From Eledone cirrhosa (taxonomy: Eukaryota), in contig OZ024740.1 in the NCBI GenBank assembly GCA_964016885.1, positions 348,812,001 to 348,876,000 on the forward strand: a stretch of 64,000 nt of DNA, written 5' to 3'. Under the pieces are notes generated by a model, which saw only the letters and a list, made by a program, of their open reading frames with translations, was not told the DNA's origin and made no database searches. Made by a program: the position numbers and the translations under genes. Numbering within the stretch: position 1 is the stretch's first letter; the number at the start of each line of letters is the position of its first letter. Below are positions 27,180-41,588 of this stretch, piece after piece.

Positions 27180-29255
27180 GTTTTTTTATGTGAAGTTAAT
27201 ATGTCACAGATAACTCAGTAGATGTTGAGAATGCGAGACAGCTGTTTCAGGATTCGTTAATCTCTCATCAATGACATCCATTGTACTGAGATGAAAATAG
27301 ACGAGAGCCTTTATAGATTTTGCGTAGTGAGCATTTGGTGCAGTTGCACATTTACATATAGTAAATAGCACACATAGGCTGCAAATACTTATTTGCATAT
27401 CATTCTAAATAGGCTGGCAGTAATACTAACATAGCGTTAAGCATACTAGGGTTATGTATAAATGTATACATTATATATTTGTCTACAATAAACATACGCC
27501 AGTTCTGTAAATATGTAAATACTAACTATGATGAGGGCACTGGTTATATCAACGAATATGTTTGACCTGTGTTATTCTCCGAGTAAGTACCATGAGAATC
27601 AACCAACACTATACTTCAAGCGTGTGACGATAGTTATCGTTATATGGATATGATATATTTTAAATAGGAGTCAATGGCCATCCAAAATCACCGGGAGAGA
27701 TGATCCCTTAGCCTTTGCCAAGGCAGAATACTAGGAGAAGGAAAACTCTGATATACACCTCCAACCCTGATGGTATCCAATGATGTTGACTTGTTCTTCT
27801 TTTTGGTAAATATCATCTTGGTTAAGAGAGTGGGACTGGCTTTGTGCAGTGCCTTTGCTCACTATAAAAGTTTCACGGCACAGGCATTTCTTTATATCTG
27901 GAGATCTCTCTGCACTTGTCATCACATGGTACCATGGGCCCAGCACTATGTGTCAGTAATTGTCACAAGTGTAGTGTTTGTACCAGAGTTTTCAGGTCGC
28001 TGGCTAGACTAAAAAGTCACACTCGTTCAGCGCATCGGTAGGGGTTCTCCTACATGGATATAAAGTAGTGGCCGTACTCGAAAACGAGTTGGCAGCTACC
28101 TTGTATGTAAATATATGTATATATATAATGTTTTGACAGTATGCAGCCTAGTAGTTTTGCAGCATTTCGATATGTGATTTCTTGTAAGCTTATTAATATT
28201 ATCCTTGATGAAGACATTGTCTATTTCTACATCGTTCACTCCGTCATATTGGCTTCTGGTCTTTAAGTATGATTTTAGAAAACTACCTTTTCTGATGTTC
28301 TTTATAAGCTCATGTATTTTGTGAAAATCTAGGAAGCTTAATTTACTCTCTTGCCTATTTATACTCTCTTTGAAAATGATCTGATCCGGGAGAAGATACT
28401 CTACAATGTCTTATTTAAAGGCATTATTTCAACTGCGGTGGATCGGCAGTATCAGTAGAGGGACGGACGCCATGCTTTGACGCATAGAGATACGTCCCTT
28501 TCCATTCTGAGTTCAAATCCCGTCGAGGTTAACTTCCCCTTTCACCCTTACTGGGTCGATAAAATAAAGTACCAGTAATGCACTGGGTAATTGCTGACCT
28601 TGTTCCAAAAGTAGAAACAATTATTTCAACTGCAAAGCACCAGTAATGCACTGGGATAATTGCTGACCTTGTGCCAGGATAGGAAACAATTATTTCAACA
28701 GCTTTAATAATACGTCTCTGCTTGTCCTTTCATTATACATTGTAGCCAGAGATGTAATTTCTCAATGCGGTGGGGAGATGGCTGGTCCTAACGTATGTCT
28801 ATAATCTTCTACATACACATCCTATCGAATCACGTTACAGCAAATACTTCCAAGAAAGCATATGTCGCTAGCTTCTGTTCGTGATTATATACTTTCGGTC
28901 AACTTTCGTGATGTTTACTCTCATCTAAGGTAAAATTAGGCGCAATTGATGGAGCCCGACACACAAATTGAAGGATGTCGAATTACTATTATTTATCGGA
29001 AGATAAATACTAAGGCATTCTTATAAAGACTTAAGAGCAACAAGAAGCTTTCTATCGACCCGATACTATTGTAGGAAGGCGATTTTATGCAGAAAGCTTT
29101 ATGAAATATTCCCATGGATTCTCAAAGAGATGCCACAGAGTGAATATTTGGTCGGATCTACTACGTCCGCAGCAGAAAGCACACTGTCCGTCAGCCAGCT
29201 TCGACACAACATGGCTACAACTCTTTTCTCGACACGTAACATCTAACATGACCCA
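27180..29255 (+). repeat. Diverged, internally shortened copy of the IL-17 unit downstream region
   Basis: 27180-27665 matches 44341-44825; 27668-29255 matches 48259-50090; includes SINE 28434-28705 and RTE-like RT scrap ~29090-29250. Confidence 0.85.
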
Positions 29256-29543
29256 GAAGAAGAAGAAGAAGAAGAAGAAGAAGAAGAAGAAGAAGAAGAA
29301 GAAGAAGAAGAAGAAGAAGAAGAAGAAGAAGGAGGAGGAGGAGGAGGAGGAAGAGGAGGAGAAGGAGGAGGAGAAGAAGAAGAAGAAGAAGAAGAAGAAG
29401 AAGAAGAAGAAAAAGAAGAAGAAGAAGAAGAAGAAGAAGAAAAAGAAGAAGAAGAAGAAGAAGAAGAAGTAGGAGGAGGAGGAGGAGGAGGAAGAGGAGA
29501 AGGAGGAAGAGGGGGAGGAGGAGGAGGAGGAGGAGGAGGAGGA

Positions 29544-29601
<58 letters not shown>
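29256..29601. repeat. (GAA)n(GGA)n(TAA)n compound microsatellite
   Basis: Directly visible. Confidence 0.95.
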
Positions 29602-29606
<5 letters not shown>

Positions 29607-32600
29607 GGAAAGAAGACGCACGAGGTGACGGAGGTCATGAAATCGCTCCCGTAAGTTTTGAATTTTTAACATATTTAAACCATTTGTGAAATAACAACTC
29701 TTAGTACAAATGCTACGTAAAGCACCCGGCTTGAGCCCCAAAAAAATTCGGACCCAAAATATATTGTTATAAGGCTCAAATATTCAAATATTCAACTTTG
29801 TATTGTACACTGTATATCCCCCCCCCCCAAAAAAAATGGCTATAAATGGAAGAAGAACCCCCCCCCCTCCTCTCCTCTGGCTACACTATATAGGACAGCT
29901 AAACTCACCAACACCAGAAACTAGATACACCACCCACCCCATCATCTGTGTACACTAAACACAACAGCCAGATAACGACACATTTTCACCTTCACCGCCA
30001 CCGCTCACTACGGCCATCATTACCACCACTATCCCATCACCGCCGCCACCACCCCTTGGTATCGACATCACCACCACCACTGTCTCAGTATCGCTAACGC
30101 CGCCAGTCTCCCACTTCCCCCTGCTGGCTGCTACTTCCACATTATAGAATTCCTACTACTAACAAAGAGGAAGGCATCAAAATATATAGATAGACTCAAA
30201 ATAAAAAATAAAAAACAAACAACAAAACCAAATCAGCACAGCAACAACAGCAAAAAACGAGAAAAACAAACAGAGAAAAACAAAAACAAAAAAAAGAAAC
30301 CCCAAAAACGTAAAGAAAATAAGAATGAAGAGAGAAGCAGGCGGACGGACAGAGAAGAGGGGGGAAAAAGTAAAACTTAAAAAACTAAAACTAAGTCAGA
30401 CATTCGAACACTACATTACAATGAAACTTATGCTTATTCATTTTTGGGGGCCTTTCTGCCTGTGTGTTTGTTTGTTTATGTGTGTTCGTATACAGCGTGG
30501 TGATAATGCCACACAAGGGCCAAGTGGGATGGCGGATCCACAGATGGCTATGTAAACATACATTCGCCAATCCTCGATAAGAGTGTTTAAATATCGAACA
30601 TAAACAGTTCGAATAACGGTGAAATGGAGACTAGAACGTCATGTGACAGACTCTCACCCAACAGGTGCCCCCTGGCTCAGCAGCAGGAACCTGACTGTCA
30701 ACCAAATACTGCTGATGTTGGAGGAAGGAGAAGAAGGAAAGGGGCCAGAACCAACTGGACGAAAGAATTGAATAGAACTGTTATGCAATGCTACCTGAAA
30801 AGTAACCCCAAGGAGAGGGGCTACAGGAGACGGATGCATAACATCTGGAACTAGATTGGTTTATTTAAATTAGATGAACAAAAATTGGCCGGGCAGGCTC
30901 GGGTAATAAGAACTAATGGGTGGATAAGCGAGCTGGAACTGGAGGAACTGAGCAGAGAGAATGGCTTGGAGATGGCGGGTGTAGTATGCCAGACAAGCGA
31001 GCCGGTGGGAAATGAAGGTGAGGAGGTCCTGAGAACGGAGGAACCACCCGAAGCAGACAATGATCTGAGTACTGAGATAAATAATACCTGGAACAGAGAT
31101 ACGGCCACTGAGGAGATGAATGCTGACGGGCTAGGACAAGATTCGGTTGACATCCTAAATTTAGTAGTAGATGAATTGAACAATGATAGTGGGAGACCTA
31201 TGAACCTAAGATTTGTAGACAGGAAAAAGTTTATAGAAACAACAGCTAAGGTAAACAAAGTCATCCCATACCTTGAGGCGAGGAGCCTTCACCAGTGCAA
31301 CAATATCCTCAGAGCAACAGCAAATACGGTGAGGAAACTACTTGGTATAAAAGCGAGAGGAAACAACAGACAAGAAAGAGCAGAGCCGTGGTGGAAGAAG
31401 CGACTGAGTGGGCAAATCGGGGAAATGAGAAATGACATAGGAAAGCTTGAGTCACTACTGAATGGGACACTAAAAAACATAGGCACTAAAAATAGACTGG
31501 AAATAAAATACAAAACTAGGAGTAAGAAGCTAAATATTATCATAGAGGAATTGAAGCAACGCATTGTAGCAAAGAGTGCAAAAATCAGGCGATACGAGAA
31601 CAGAGTCAGTCAGTATAAACAGAACCGCATGTTCGACAACAACCAGAAGATGCTGTTTGGACAGCTTGAGGGCAAAGAAAGAGGCAATGACTTGATCCCT
31701 GGGGCGGAACAAACTAAAACATTCTGGAGAGGAATATGGGAGCAGGATGTTAGACACAATGCCCAGGCAGGGTGGATTGAGACAGTACAGAGGGAGATCG
31801 GTGAGCAGGCACAGCAACAGACTGATTTGAGTATCACAGTTGAAACTCTTAAGGGGCAAGCCAAAAAACTAACCAACTGGAAATCACCAGGCCCAGATGG
31901 TGTGCAGGGGTATTGAATTAAACATCTAACATCCCTCCACCCGAAGCTGACGGCCATGTTCAATGACTGCTTGGTGTCGGGTGAGGTGCCAGAGTGGTTG
32001 ACAAAAGGTACCACAGTTCTGATAATGAAAGACCGAATCAAGGGTAATGATGCTACCAACTATAGACCTATCACATGTCTGCCCGTAATGTGGAAACTGT
32101 TGACGAGCATTGTGTCTGAGGAAATCTACCATCACCTCCACACAAACAACTTGCTACCGGACGAACAGAAAGGATGCCGAAAGAAGTCACGTGGTACAAA
32201 GGACCAGTTGCTTATTGATAAGATGGTAATGGGGAATTGCAGGAGGAGACACACTGATCTTGCCATGGGATGGATAGACTACAGAAAGGCATTTGACATG
32301 GTGCCTCATTCCTGGATCACCAAAAGCCTGGAGATCTTCAGGGTGGCAGATAACATCAGACAGTTGCTAGGCAGGAGTATGGGGTCCTGGGAGACAGAGT
32401 TGACATCAACTGGAGTATCCTTGGGAAGCGTGAAGATCAAGAGAGGTATCTTCCAGGGAGATAGCCTGTCCCCTCTGTTGTTTGTCCTTGCCCTGATGCC
32501 CTTGACCATTATGCTGCGAAAAGTGAGAGCAGGATACAAGTTGGGAAGGGGAGAGCTTACCATCAATCACCTCCTCTTCATGGACGATCTTAAGCTCTTC

Positions 32601-34090
32601 GGGAAAAGTGAGAAGGAGTTGGATGTGCTTGTTGACACTGTCCGTATTTTCAGCAGTGATATATGTATGCAGTTTGGTATTGGTAAATGTGGAGTCATTG
32701 TGATGAAGAGGGGTAGGTTGAGCAGAAGTAACGGGATCCAGATACCAACAGGTGAGATGATAAAGGAAATTGACTCAGAGGAAGGATACAAGTATTTGGG
32801 CGTTCTGGAAGCTGATGGCATAAAGAACAAAAAAATGAAGGAATTGTTAAGAACTGAATACATTCGGAGAGTAAGGAGCGTATTGAAGTCACATCTGAAC
32901 AGCAGAAATGCCATAAGCGCAGTAAATTCCCGAGCTGTGTCTATTATTAGGTACAGTGCGCGAATTCTGAGATGGAATGTTGCTGAACAAAAAGAAATGG
33001 ATAGGAAGACTAGGAAGCTATTGACTATCTACAACATGTTCCACAAGAGGAGTGATGTCGATAGACTCTACCTAAGGAGATCTGAGGGTGGAAGAGGTCT
33101 TATCAGCATAGAGGACTGTGTTCAGATGGAGAAAAACAACCTATACAAATACGTGACCTATAGTAAGGAGCCAATGCTCAGAACTGTACTGAAGGAGGGG
33201 ACAGTAGGCCAGGGGATGTCCAGGGAGGAAATAACATCAAGGAGGAAGAGCAGCCTTAAGGGAAAATCCCTTCATAGTACCTTCTTTGAGAAAACTGAAT
33301 TTAGAGATCCACAGACATGGAACTGGTTGAGAAGAGGAGACCTCAAAAAGGCTACAGAAGGAATGCTAATGGCTGAGCAGGAGCAGGCCCTCAAAACGAA
33401 GTGGTTGAAGCACCATATCTACAAGGAGGAGGCTAGCCCACTGTGCAGGATCTGTGGAGAGAGAGAGGAGACTGTGGCACACATTGTGTCCGAGTGTAAA
33501 CACCTAGCCCAGACCCACTATAAGGGCTGGAGACACGATGTGATGGGCAGGGTGATCCACTGGCACCTGTGCAAAGTAAACAATCTACCACATTCTGAGA
33601 AATGGTATGAGCATAGGCCAGAGGCGGTGATGGAGAACAATCAGGTGAAGGTGCTGTGGGATTTTAGGATACAGACGGACAAAAAACTGGAACACAATAG
33701 ACCTGACCTGGTGGTTGTGGACAAAGAAAAAAGATCGTGCCTGATTGTGGATGTGGCCTGCCCGTTCGACACGAGAGTGCAAGAGAAGGAGAGGGAGAAA
33801 ATTAACCGATACCAGGACCTAAAGTGGGAGATGAAAAGGATTTGGAACTGCCATGAAGTCAAAGTGATCCCGATTGTCATAGGCGCACTGGGGACTATCT
33901 CCAAAAGTTTCCAGGGATGGTTAAAGAAAATCGGCCCCTTCACGCTTTTTGGAACGCTTCAAAAGGCATGCTTGCTTGGAACAGCAAGAACCCTCCGATA
34001 CGTCCTGAATATCTGAGGCTGCAGGTAGTGGCTTGATATTCAATCCAACGGACTTTCCAGTCAACCAACATCAATGACTGAGATTCAAGG
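29602..34090 (+). mobile_element. R4/Dong-like RLE non-LTR retrotransposon, copy 1 (stops at 30852 and 31914)
   Basis: One reading frame 30624-34016: SPGPDG, GIFQGDSLSP, FMDD, CRIC..ETVAHIVSEC, RHD, RPDLVVVD; followed by (TAA)n; 5' boundary uncertain. Confidence 0.9.
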
Positions 34091-34102
34091 AATAACAATA
34101 AC

Positions 34103-34150
<48 letters not shown>

Positions 34151-34153
<3 letters not shown>

Positions 34154-35272
34154 GACTATCTACAACATAGGAAGCTATTGACTATCTACAACATAGGAAG
34201 CTATTGACTATCTACAACATGTTCCACAAGAGGAGTGATGTCGATATACTCTACCTAAGGAGATCTGAGGGTGGAAGAGGTCTTATCAGCATAGAGGACT
34301 GTGTTCAGATGGAGAAAAACAACCTATACAAATACGTGACCTATAGTAAGGAGCCAATGCTCAGAACTGTACTGAAGGAGGGGACAGTAGGCCAGGGGAT
34401 GTCCAAGGAGGAAATAACATCAAGGAGGAAGAGCAGCCTTAAGGGAAAATCCCTTCATAGTAGCTTCTTTGAGTTAACTGAATTTAGAGATCCACAGACA
34501 TGGAACTGGTTGAGAAGAGGAGACCTCAAAAAGGCTACAGAAGGAATGCTAATGGCTGCGCAGGAGCAGGCCCTCAAAACGAAGTGGTTGAAGCACCATA
34601 TCTACAAGGAGGAGGCTAGCCCACTGTGCAGGATCTGTGGAGAGAGAGAGGAGACTGTGGCTCACATTGTGTCCGAGTGTAAACACCTAGCCCAGACCCA
34701 CTATAAGGGCTGGAGACACGATGTGATGGGCAGGGTGATCCACTGGCACCTGTGCAAAGTAAACAATTTACCACATTCTGAGAAATGGTATGAGCATAGG
34801 CCAGAGGCGGTGATGGAGAACAATCAGGTGAAGGTGCTGTGAGATTTTAGGATACAGACGGACAAAAAACTGGAACACAATAGACCTGACCTGGTGGTTG
34901 TGGACAAAGAAAAAAGATCGTGTCTGATTGTGGATGTGGCCTGCCCGTTCGACACGAGAGTGCAAGAGAAGGAGAGGGAGAAAATTAACCGATACCAGGA
35001 CCTAAAGTGGGAGGTGAAAAGGATTTGGAACTGCCATGAAGTCAAAGTGATCCCGATTGTCATAGGCGCACTGGGGACTATCTCCAAAAGTTTCCAGGGA
35101 TGGTTAAAGAAAATCGGCCCCTTCACGCTTTTTGGAACGCTTCAAAAGGCATGCTTGCTTGGAACAGCAAGAACCCTCCGATACGTCCTGAATATCTGAG
35201 GCTGCAGGTAGTGGCCTGATATTCAATCCAACGGACTTTCCAGTTAACCAACATCAATGACTGAGATTCAAG
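34151..35272 (+). mobile_element. R4/Dong-like element copy 2, 5'-truncated, with TGA at 34840
   Basis: Matches the last ~1.1 kb of copies 1 and 3; (TAA)n on both sides. Confidence 0.9.
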
Positions 35273-35282
35273 GAATAACGAC

Positions 35283-35320
<38 letters not shown>

Positions 35321-35334
35321 TAATAATAATAATA

Positions 35335-38300
35335 GAAGAAGGGAAGAAGACGCACGAGGTGACGGAGGTCATGAAATCGCTCCCGTAAGTTTTGAATTTT
35401 TAACATATTTAAACCATTTGTGAAATAACAACTCTTAGCACAAATGCTACGTAAAGCACCCGGCTTGAGCCCAAAAAAATTCGGACCCAAAATATATTGT
35501 TATAAGGCTCAAATATTCAAATATTCAACTTTGTATTGTACACTGTATATCCAAAAAAAAAAATGGCTATAAATGGAAGAAGAACCCCTCCCCTCCTCTC
35601 CTCTGGCTACACTATATAGGACAGCTAAACTCACCAACACCAGAAACTAGATACACCACCCACCCCATCATATGTGTACACTAAACACAACAGCCAGATA
35701 ACGACACATTTTCACTTTCACCGCCACCGCTCACTACGGCCATCATTACCACCACTATCCCATCACCGCCGCCACCACCCCTTGACTCCGCTACAGCACC
35801 ATCACTACAGTAATACGGTCACATCACCGCCACCACTGCCTCGGTATCGACATCACCACCACCACTGTCTCAGTATCGCTAACGCCGCCAGTCTCCCACT
35901 TCCCTGCTGGCTGCTACTCCCACATTATAGAATTCCTACTACTAACAAAGAGGAAGGCATCAAAATATATAGATAGACCCAAAAGAAAAAAGAAAAAACA
36001 AACAACAAAACCAAAGCAGCACAGCAACAACAGCAAAAAACGAGAAAAACAAACAGAGAAAAACAAAAACAAAAAAAAGAAACCCCAAAAACGTAAAGAA
36101 AATATATTGTTATAAGGCTCAAAACGTAAAGAAAATATATTGTTATAAGGCTCAAAACGTAAAGAAAATATATTGTTATAAGGCTCAAATATTCAAATAT
36201 TCAACTTTGTATTGTACACTGTATATCCCAAAAAAAAAATGGCTATAAATGGAAGAAGAACCCCTCCCCTCCCCTCCTCTCCTCTGGCTACACTATATAG
36301 GACAGCTAAACTCACCAACACCAGAAACTAGATACACCACCCACCCCATCATCTGTGTACACTAAACACAACAGCCAGATAACGACACATTTTCACCTTC
36401 ACCGCCACCGCTCACTACGGCCATCATTACCACCACTATCCCAGCACCGCCGCCACCACCCCTTGACTCCGCTACAACACCATCACTACAGTAATACGGT
36501 CACATCACCGCCACCACTGCCTCGGTATCGACATCACCACCACCACTGTCTCAGTATCGCTAACGCCGCCAGTCTCCCACTTCCCTGCTGGCTGCTACTT
36601 CCACATTATAGAATTCCTACTACTAACAAAGAGGAAGGCATCAAAATATATAGATAGACCCAAAAGAAAAAAGAAAAAACAAACAACAAAACCAAAGCAG
36701 CACAGCAACAACAGCAAAAAACGAGAAAAACAAACAGAGAAAAACAAAAACAAAAAAAAAAAGAAACCCCAAAAACGTAAAGAAAATAAGAATGAAAAGA
36801 GAAGCAGGCGGACGGACAGAGAAGAGGGGGGAAAAAGTAAAACTTAAAAAACTCAAACTAAGTCAGACATTCGAACACTACATTACAATGAAACTTATGC
36901 TTATTCATTTCTGGGGCCCTTTCTGCCTGTGTGTTTGTTTGTTTATGTGTGTTCGTATACAGCGTGGTGATAATGCCACACAAGGGCCAAGTGGGATGGC
37001 GGACCCACAGATGGCTATGTAAACATACATTCGCCAATCCTCGATAAGAGTGTTTAAATATCGAACATAAACAGTTCGAATAACGGTGAAATGGAGACTA
37101 GAACGTCATGTGACAGACTCTCACCCAACAGGTGCCCCCTGGCTCAGCAGCAGGAACCTGACTGTCAACCAAATACTGCTGATGTTGGAGGAAGGAGAAG
37201 AAGGAAAGGGGCCAGAACCAACTGGACGAAAGAATTGAATAGAACTGTTATGCAATGCTACCTGAAAAGTAACCCCAAGGAGAGGGGCTACAGGAGACGG
37301 ATGCATAACATCTGGAACTAGATTGGTTTATTTAAATTAGATGAACAAAAATTGGCCGGGCAGGCTCGGGTAATAAGAACTAATGGGTGGATAAGCGAGC
37401 TGGAACTGGAGGAACTGAGCAGAGAGAATGGCTTGGAGATGGCGGGTGTAGTATGCCAGACAAGCGAGCCGGTGGGAAATTTAGGTGAGGAGGTCCTGAG
37501 AACGGAGGAACCACCCGAAGCAGACAATGATCTGAGTACTGAGATAAATAATATCTGGAACAGAGATACGGCCACTGAGGAGATGAATTCTGACGGGCTA
37601 GGACAAGATTCGGTTGACATCCTAAATTTAGTAGTAGATGAATTGAACAATGATAGTGGGAGACCTATGAACCTAAGATTTGTAGACAGGAAAAAGTTAA
37701 AAGAAACAACAGCTAAGGTAAACAAAGTCATCCCATACCTTGAGGCGAGGAGCCTTCACCAGTGCAACAATATCCTCAGAGCAACAGCAAATACGGTGAG
37801 GAAACTACTTGGTATAAAAGCGAGAGGAAACAACAGACAAGAAAGAGCAGAGCCGTGGTGGAAGAAGCGACTGAGTGGGCAAATCGGGGAAATGAGAAAT
37901 GACATAGGAAAGCTTGAGTCACTACTGAATGGGACACTAAAAAACATAGGCACTAAAAATAGACTGGAAATAAAATACAAAACTAGGAGTAAAAAGCTAA
38001 ATATTATCATAGAGGAATTGAAGCAACGCATTGTAGCAAAGAGTGCAAAAATCAGGCGATACGAGAACAGAGTCAGTCAGTATAAACAGAACCGCATGTT
38101 CGACAACAACCAGAAGATGCTGTTTGGACAGCTTGAGGGCAAAGAAAGAGGCAACGACTTGATCCCTGGGGCGGAACAAACTAAAACATTCTGGAGAGGA
38201 ATATGGGAGCAGGATGTTAGACACAATGCCCAGGCAGGGTGGATTGAGACAGTACAGAGGGAGATCGGTGAGCAGGCACAGCAACAGACTGATTTGAGTA

Positions 38301-40560
38301 TCACAGTTGAAACTCTTAAGGGACAAGCCAAAAAACTAACCAACTGGAAATCGCCAGGCCCAGATGGTGTGCAGGGGTATTGGATTAAACATCTAACATC
38401 CCTCCACCCGAAGCTGACGGCCATGTTCAATGACTGCTTGGTGTCGGGTGAGGTGCCAGAGTGGTTGACAAAAGGTACCACAGTTCTGATAATGAAAGAC
38501 CGAATCAAGGGTAATGATGCTACCAACTATAGACCTATCACATGTCTGCCCGTAATGTGGAAACTGTTGACGAGCATTGTGTCTGAGGAAATCTACCATC
38601 ACCTCCACACAAACAACTTGTTACCGGACGAACAGAAAGGATGCCGAAAGAAGTCACGTGGTACAAAGGACCAGTTGCTTATTGATAAGATGGTAATGTG
38701 GAATTGCAGGAGGAGGCACACTGATCTTGCCATGGGATGGATAGACTACAGAAAGGCATTTGACATGGTGCCTCATTCCTGGATCACCAAAAGCCTGGAG
38801 ATCTTCAGGGTGGCGGATAACATCAGACAGTTGCTAGGCAGGAGTATGGGGTCCTGGGAGACAGAGTTGACATCAACTGGAGTATCCTTGGGAAGCGTGA
38901 AGATCAAGAGAGGTATCTTCCAGGGAGATAGCCTGTCCCCTCTGTTGTTTGTCCTTGCCCTGATGCCCTTGACCATTATGCTGCGAAAAGTGAGAGCAGG
39001 ATACAAGTTGGGAAGGGGAGAGCTTACCATCAATCACCTCCTCTTCATGGACGATCTTAAGCTCTTCGGGAAAAGTGAGAAGGAGTTGGATGTGCTTGTT
39101 GACACTGTCCGTATTTTCAGCAGTGATATATGTATGCAGTTTGGTATTGGTAAATGTGGAGTCATTGTGATGAAGAGGGGTAGGTTGAGCAGAAGTAACG
39201 GGATCCAGATACCAACAGGTGAGATGATAAAGGAAATTGACTCAGAGGAAGGATACAAGTATTTGGGCGTTCTGGAGGCTGATGGCATAAAGAACAAAAA
39301 AATGAAGGAATTGTTAAGAACTGAATACATTCGGAGAGTAAGGAGCGTATTGAAGTCACATCTGAACAGCAGAAATGCCATAAGCGCAGTAAATTCCCGA
39401 GCTGTGTCTATTATTAGGTACAGTGCGGGAATTCTGAGATGGAATGTTGCTGAACAGAAAGAAATGGATAGGAAGACTAGGAAGCTATTGACTATCTACA
39501 ACATGTTCCACAAGAGGAGTGATGTCGATAGACTTTACCTAAGGAGATCTGAGGGTGGAAGAGGTCTTATCAGCATAGAGGACTGTGTTCAGATGGAGAA
39601 AAACAACCTATACAAATACGTGACCTATAGTAAGGAGCCAATGCTCAGAGCTGTACTGAAGGAGGGGACAGTAGGCCAGGGGATGCCCAGGGAGGAAATA
39701 ACATCAAGGAGGAAGAGCAGCCTTAAGGGAAAACCCCTTCATAGTACCTTCTTTGAGAAAACTGAATTTAGAGATCCACAGACATGGAACTGGTTGAGAA
39801 GAGGAGACCTCAAAAAGGCTACAGAAGGAATGCTAATGGCTGCGCAGGAGCAGGCCCTCAAAACGAAGTGGTTGAAGCACCATATCTACAAGGAGGAGGC
39901 CAGCCCACTGTGCAGGATCTGTGGAGCGAGAGAGGAGACTGTGGCTCACATTGTGTCCGAGTGTAAACACCTAGCCCAGACCCACTATAAGGGCTGGAGA
40001 CACGATGTGATGGGCGGGGTGATCCACTGGCACCTGTGCAAAGTAAACAATCTACCACATTCTGAGAAATGGTATGAGCATAGGCCAGAGGCAGTGATGG
40101 AGAACAATCAGGTGAAGGTGCTGTGGGATTTTAGGATACAGACGGACAAAAAACTGGAACACAATAGACCTGACCTGGTGGTTGTGGACAAAGAAAAAAG
40201 ATCGTGCCTGATTGTGGATGTGGCCTGCCCGTTCGACACGAGAGTGCAAGAGAAGGAGAGGGAGAAAATTAACCGATACCAGGACCTAAAGTGGGAGGTG
40301 AAAAGGATTTGGAACTGCCATGAAGTCAAAGTGATCCCGATTGTCATAGGCGCACTGGGGACTATCTCCAAACGTTTCCAGGGATGGTTAAAGAAAATCG
40401 GCCCCTTCACGCTTTTTGGAACGCTTCAAAAGGCATGCTTGCTTGGAACAGCAAAAACCCTCCGATACGTCCTGAATATCTGAGGCTGCAGGTAGTGGCT
40501 TGATATTCAATCCAACGGACTTTCCAGTTAACCAACATCAATGACTGAGATTCAAGGAAT
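35335..40560 (+). mobile_element. R4/Dong-like element copy 3, near intact, with 681-bp duplication in the 5' region
   Basis: 1043-aa open frame; duplicated block (ORF-track 35674 vs 36355); long (TAA)n after the 3' end. Confidence 0.92.
37091..40483 (+). CDS. Retrotransposon polyprotein: RT, CCHC finger, restriction-like endonuclease; one in-frame TAG at 37319-37321
   Basis: 37091-37321 and 37352-40483 are in the same frame (offset 261); N-terminal WT..LN..VM.CY...RGYRRRM..IW resembles R4/Dong N-termini. Confidence 0.85.
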
Positions 40561-40738
<178 letters not shown>

Positions 40739-41508
40739 TTCAGTTTTTTATTATTTGTCAACAGTTATTCCGAAATGAAGATACTTTTTCTTTCAAGACG
40801 AAAACCTCTTCTAAAAAAACCCGTTTATTTTGCCAGGTCTTAGGTACGGTTGATTACAATGAAGCAACATTTTTTGTTATATTTAAAAATAGAAAAGTAC
40901 ATTTGACGAAAAATACTGTTAACGAAAATGTACTAATAATAGAACTATTGTTGAGAAATAAATATGTTTTAAGCTACCTGTCTATAAATTAAATCTTTAC
41001 CACTAAACACACCTTAAAAGAAATAGGATTGTGTGTCCTGGTAAAGTTAACTCCTCCCATACAGGAACTATTAGTAGCTATATAGGTCATATAATATTTG
41101 TATAATTCTTACAACTGATACGATAACACTAGATTCATTCCCACACCAGATGTGTATTAGTTCCGTCCGAATGTCATCCATTCATAAATTCAAATGTGGA
41201 AGGTCATATTGAAATTACTTTTCCGGTTTCAAAAGTTATATATGTGTGTAATCTTAAGATCAAACATATTAATAAAAAGGTACTTCAGCTGAGCATCGAA
41301 AACACCCAGGTTGTATTTGAAAATATATCTTTCGATATCCAAGTTCGAGTTATCTTTCGATATCCAAGTGGACAAGCAGTATAATGAACATTAAAGTAAG
41401 TAACTTTCGTTCAATAATAACATCATATATTTATGTAAGAATCTATGTTTGCAACCCTTTATATATATATATATGCATATATATACAGACTGATTGGTCA
41501 AGATGAAG

Positions 41509-41588
<80 letters not shown>

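Noticed and set aside
29085-29741. Poly-K/F/S/I/YI/CV ORFs here and elsewhere
   Set aside because: Translations of microsatellites
35674-36657. His/Pro-rich 100-aa ORF upstream of the R4/Dong ORF as a possible ORF1
   Set aside because: Low-complexity CAC/CCA sequence, non-ATG start, and disrupted in copy 1
36960-37020. Possible ribozyme upstream of the R4/Dong ORF (gcca agtggg...cccac aga tggc hairpin)
   Set aside because: Only a hairpin is visible; I could not build an HDV-like or twister pseudoknot by eye
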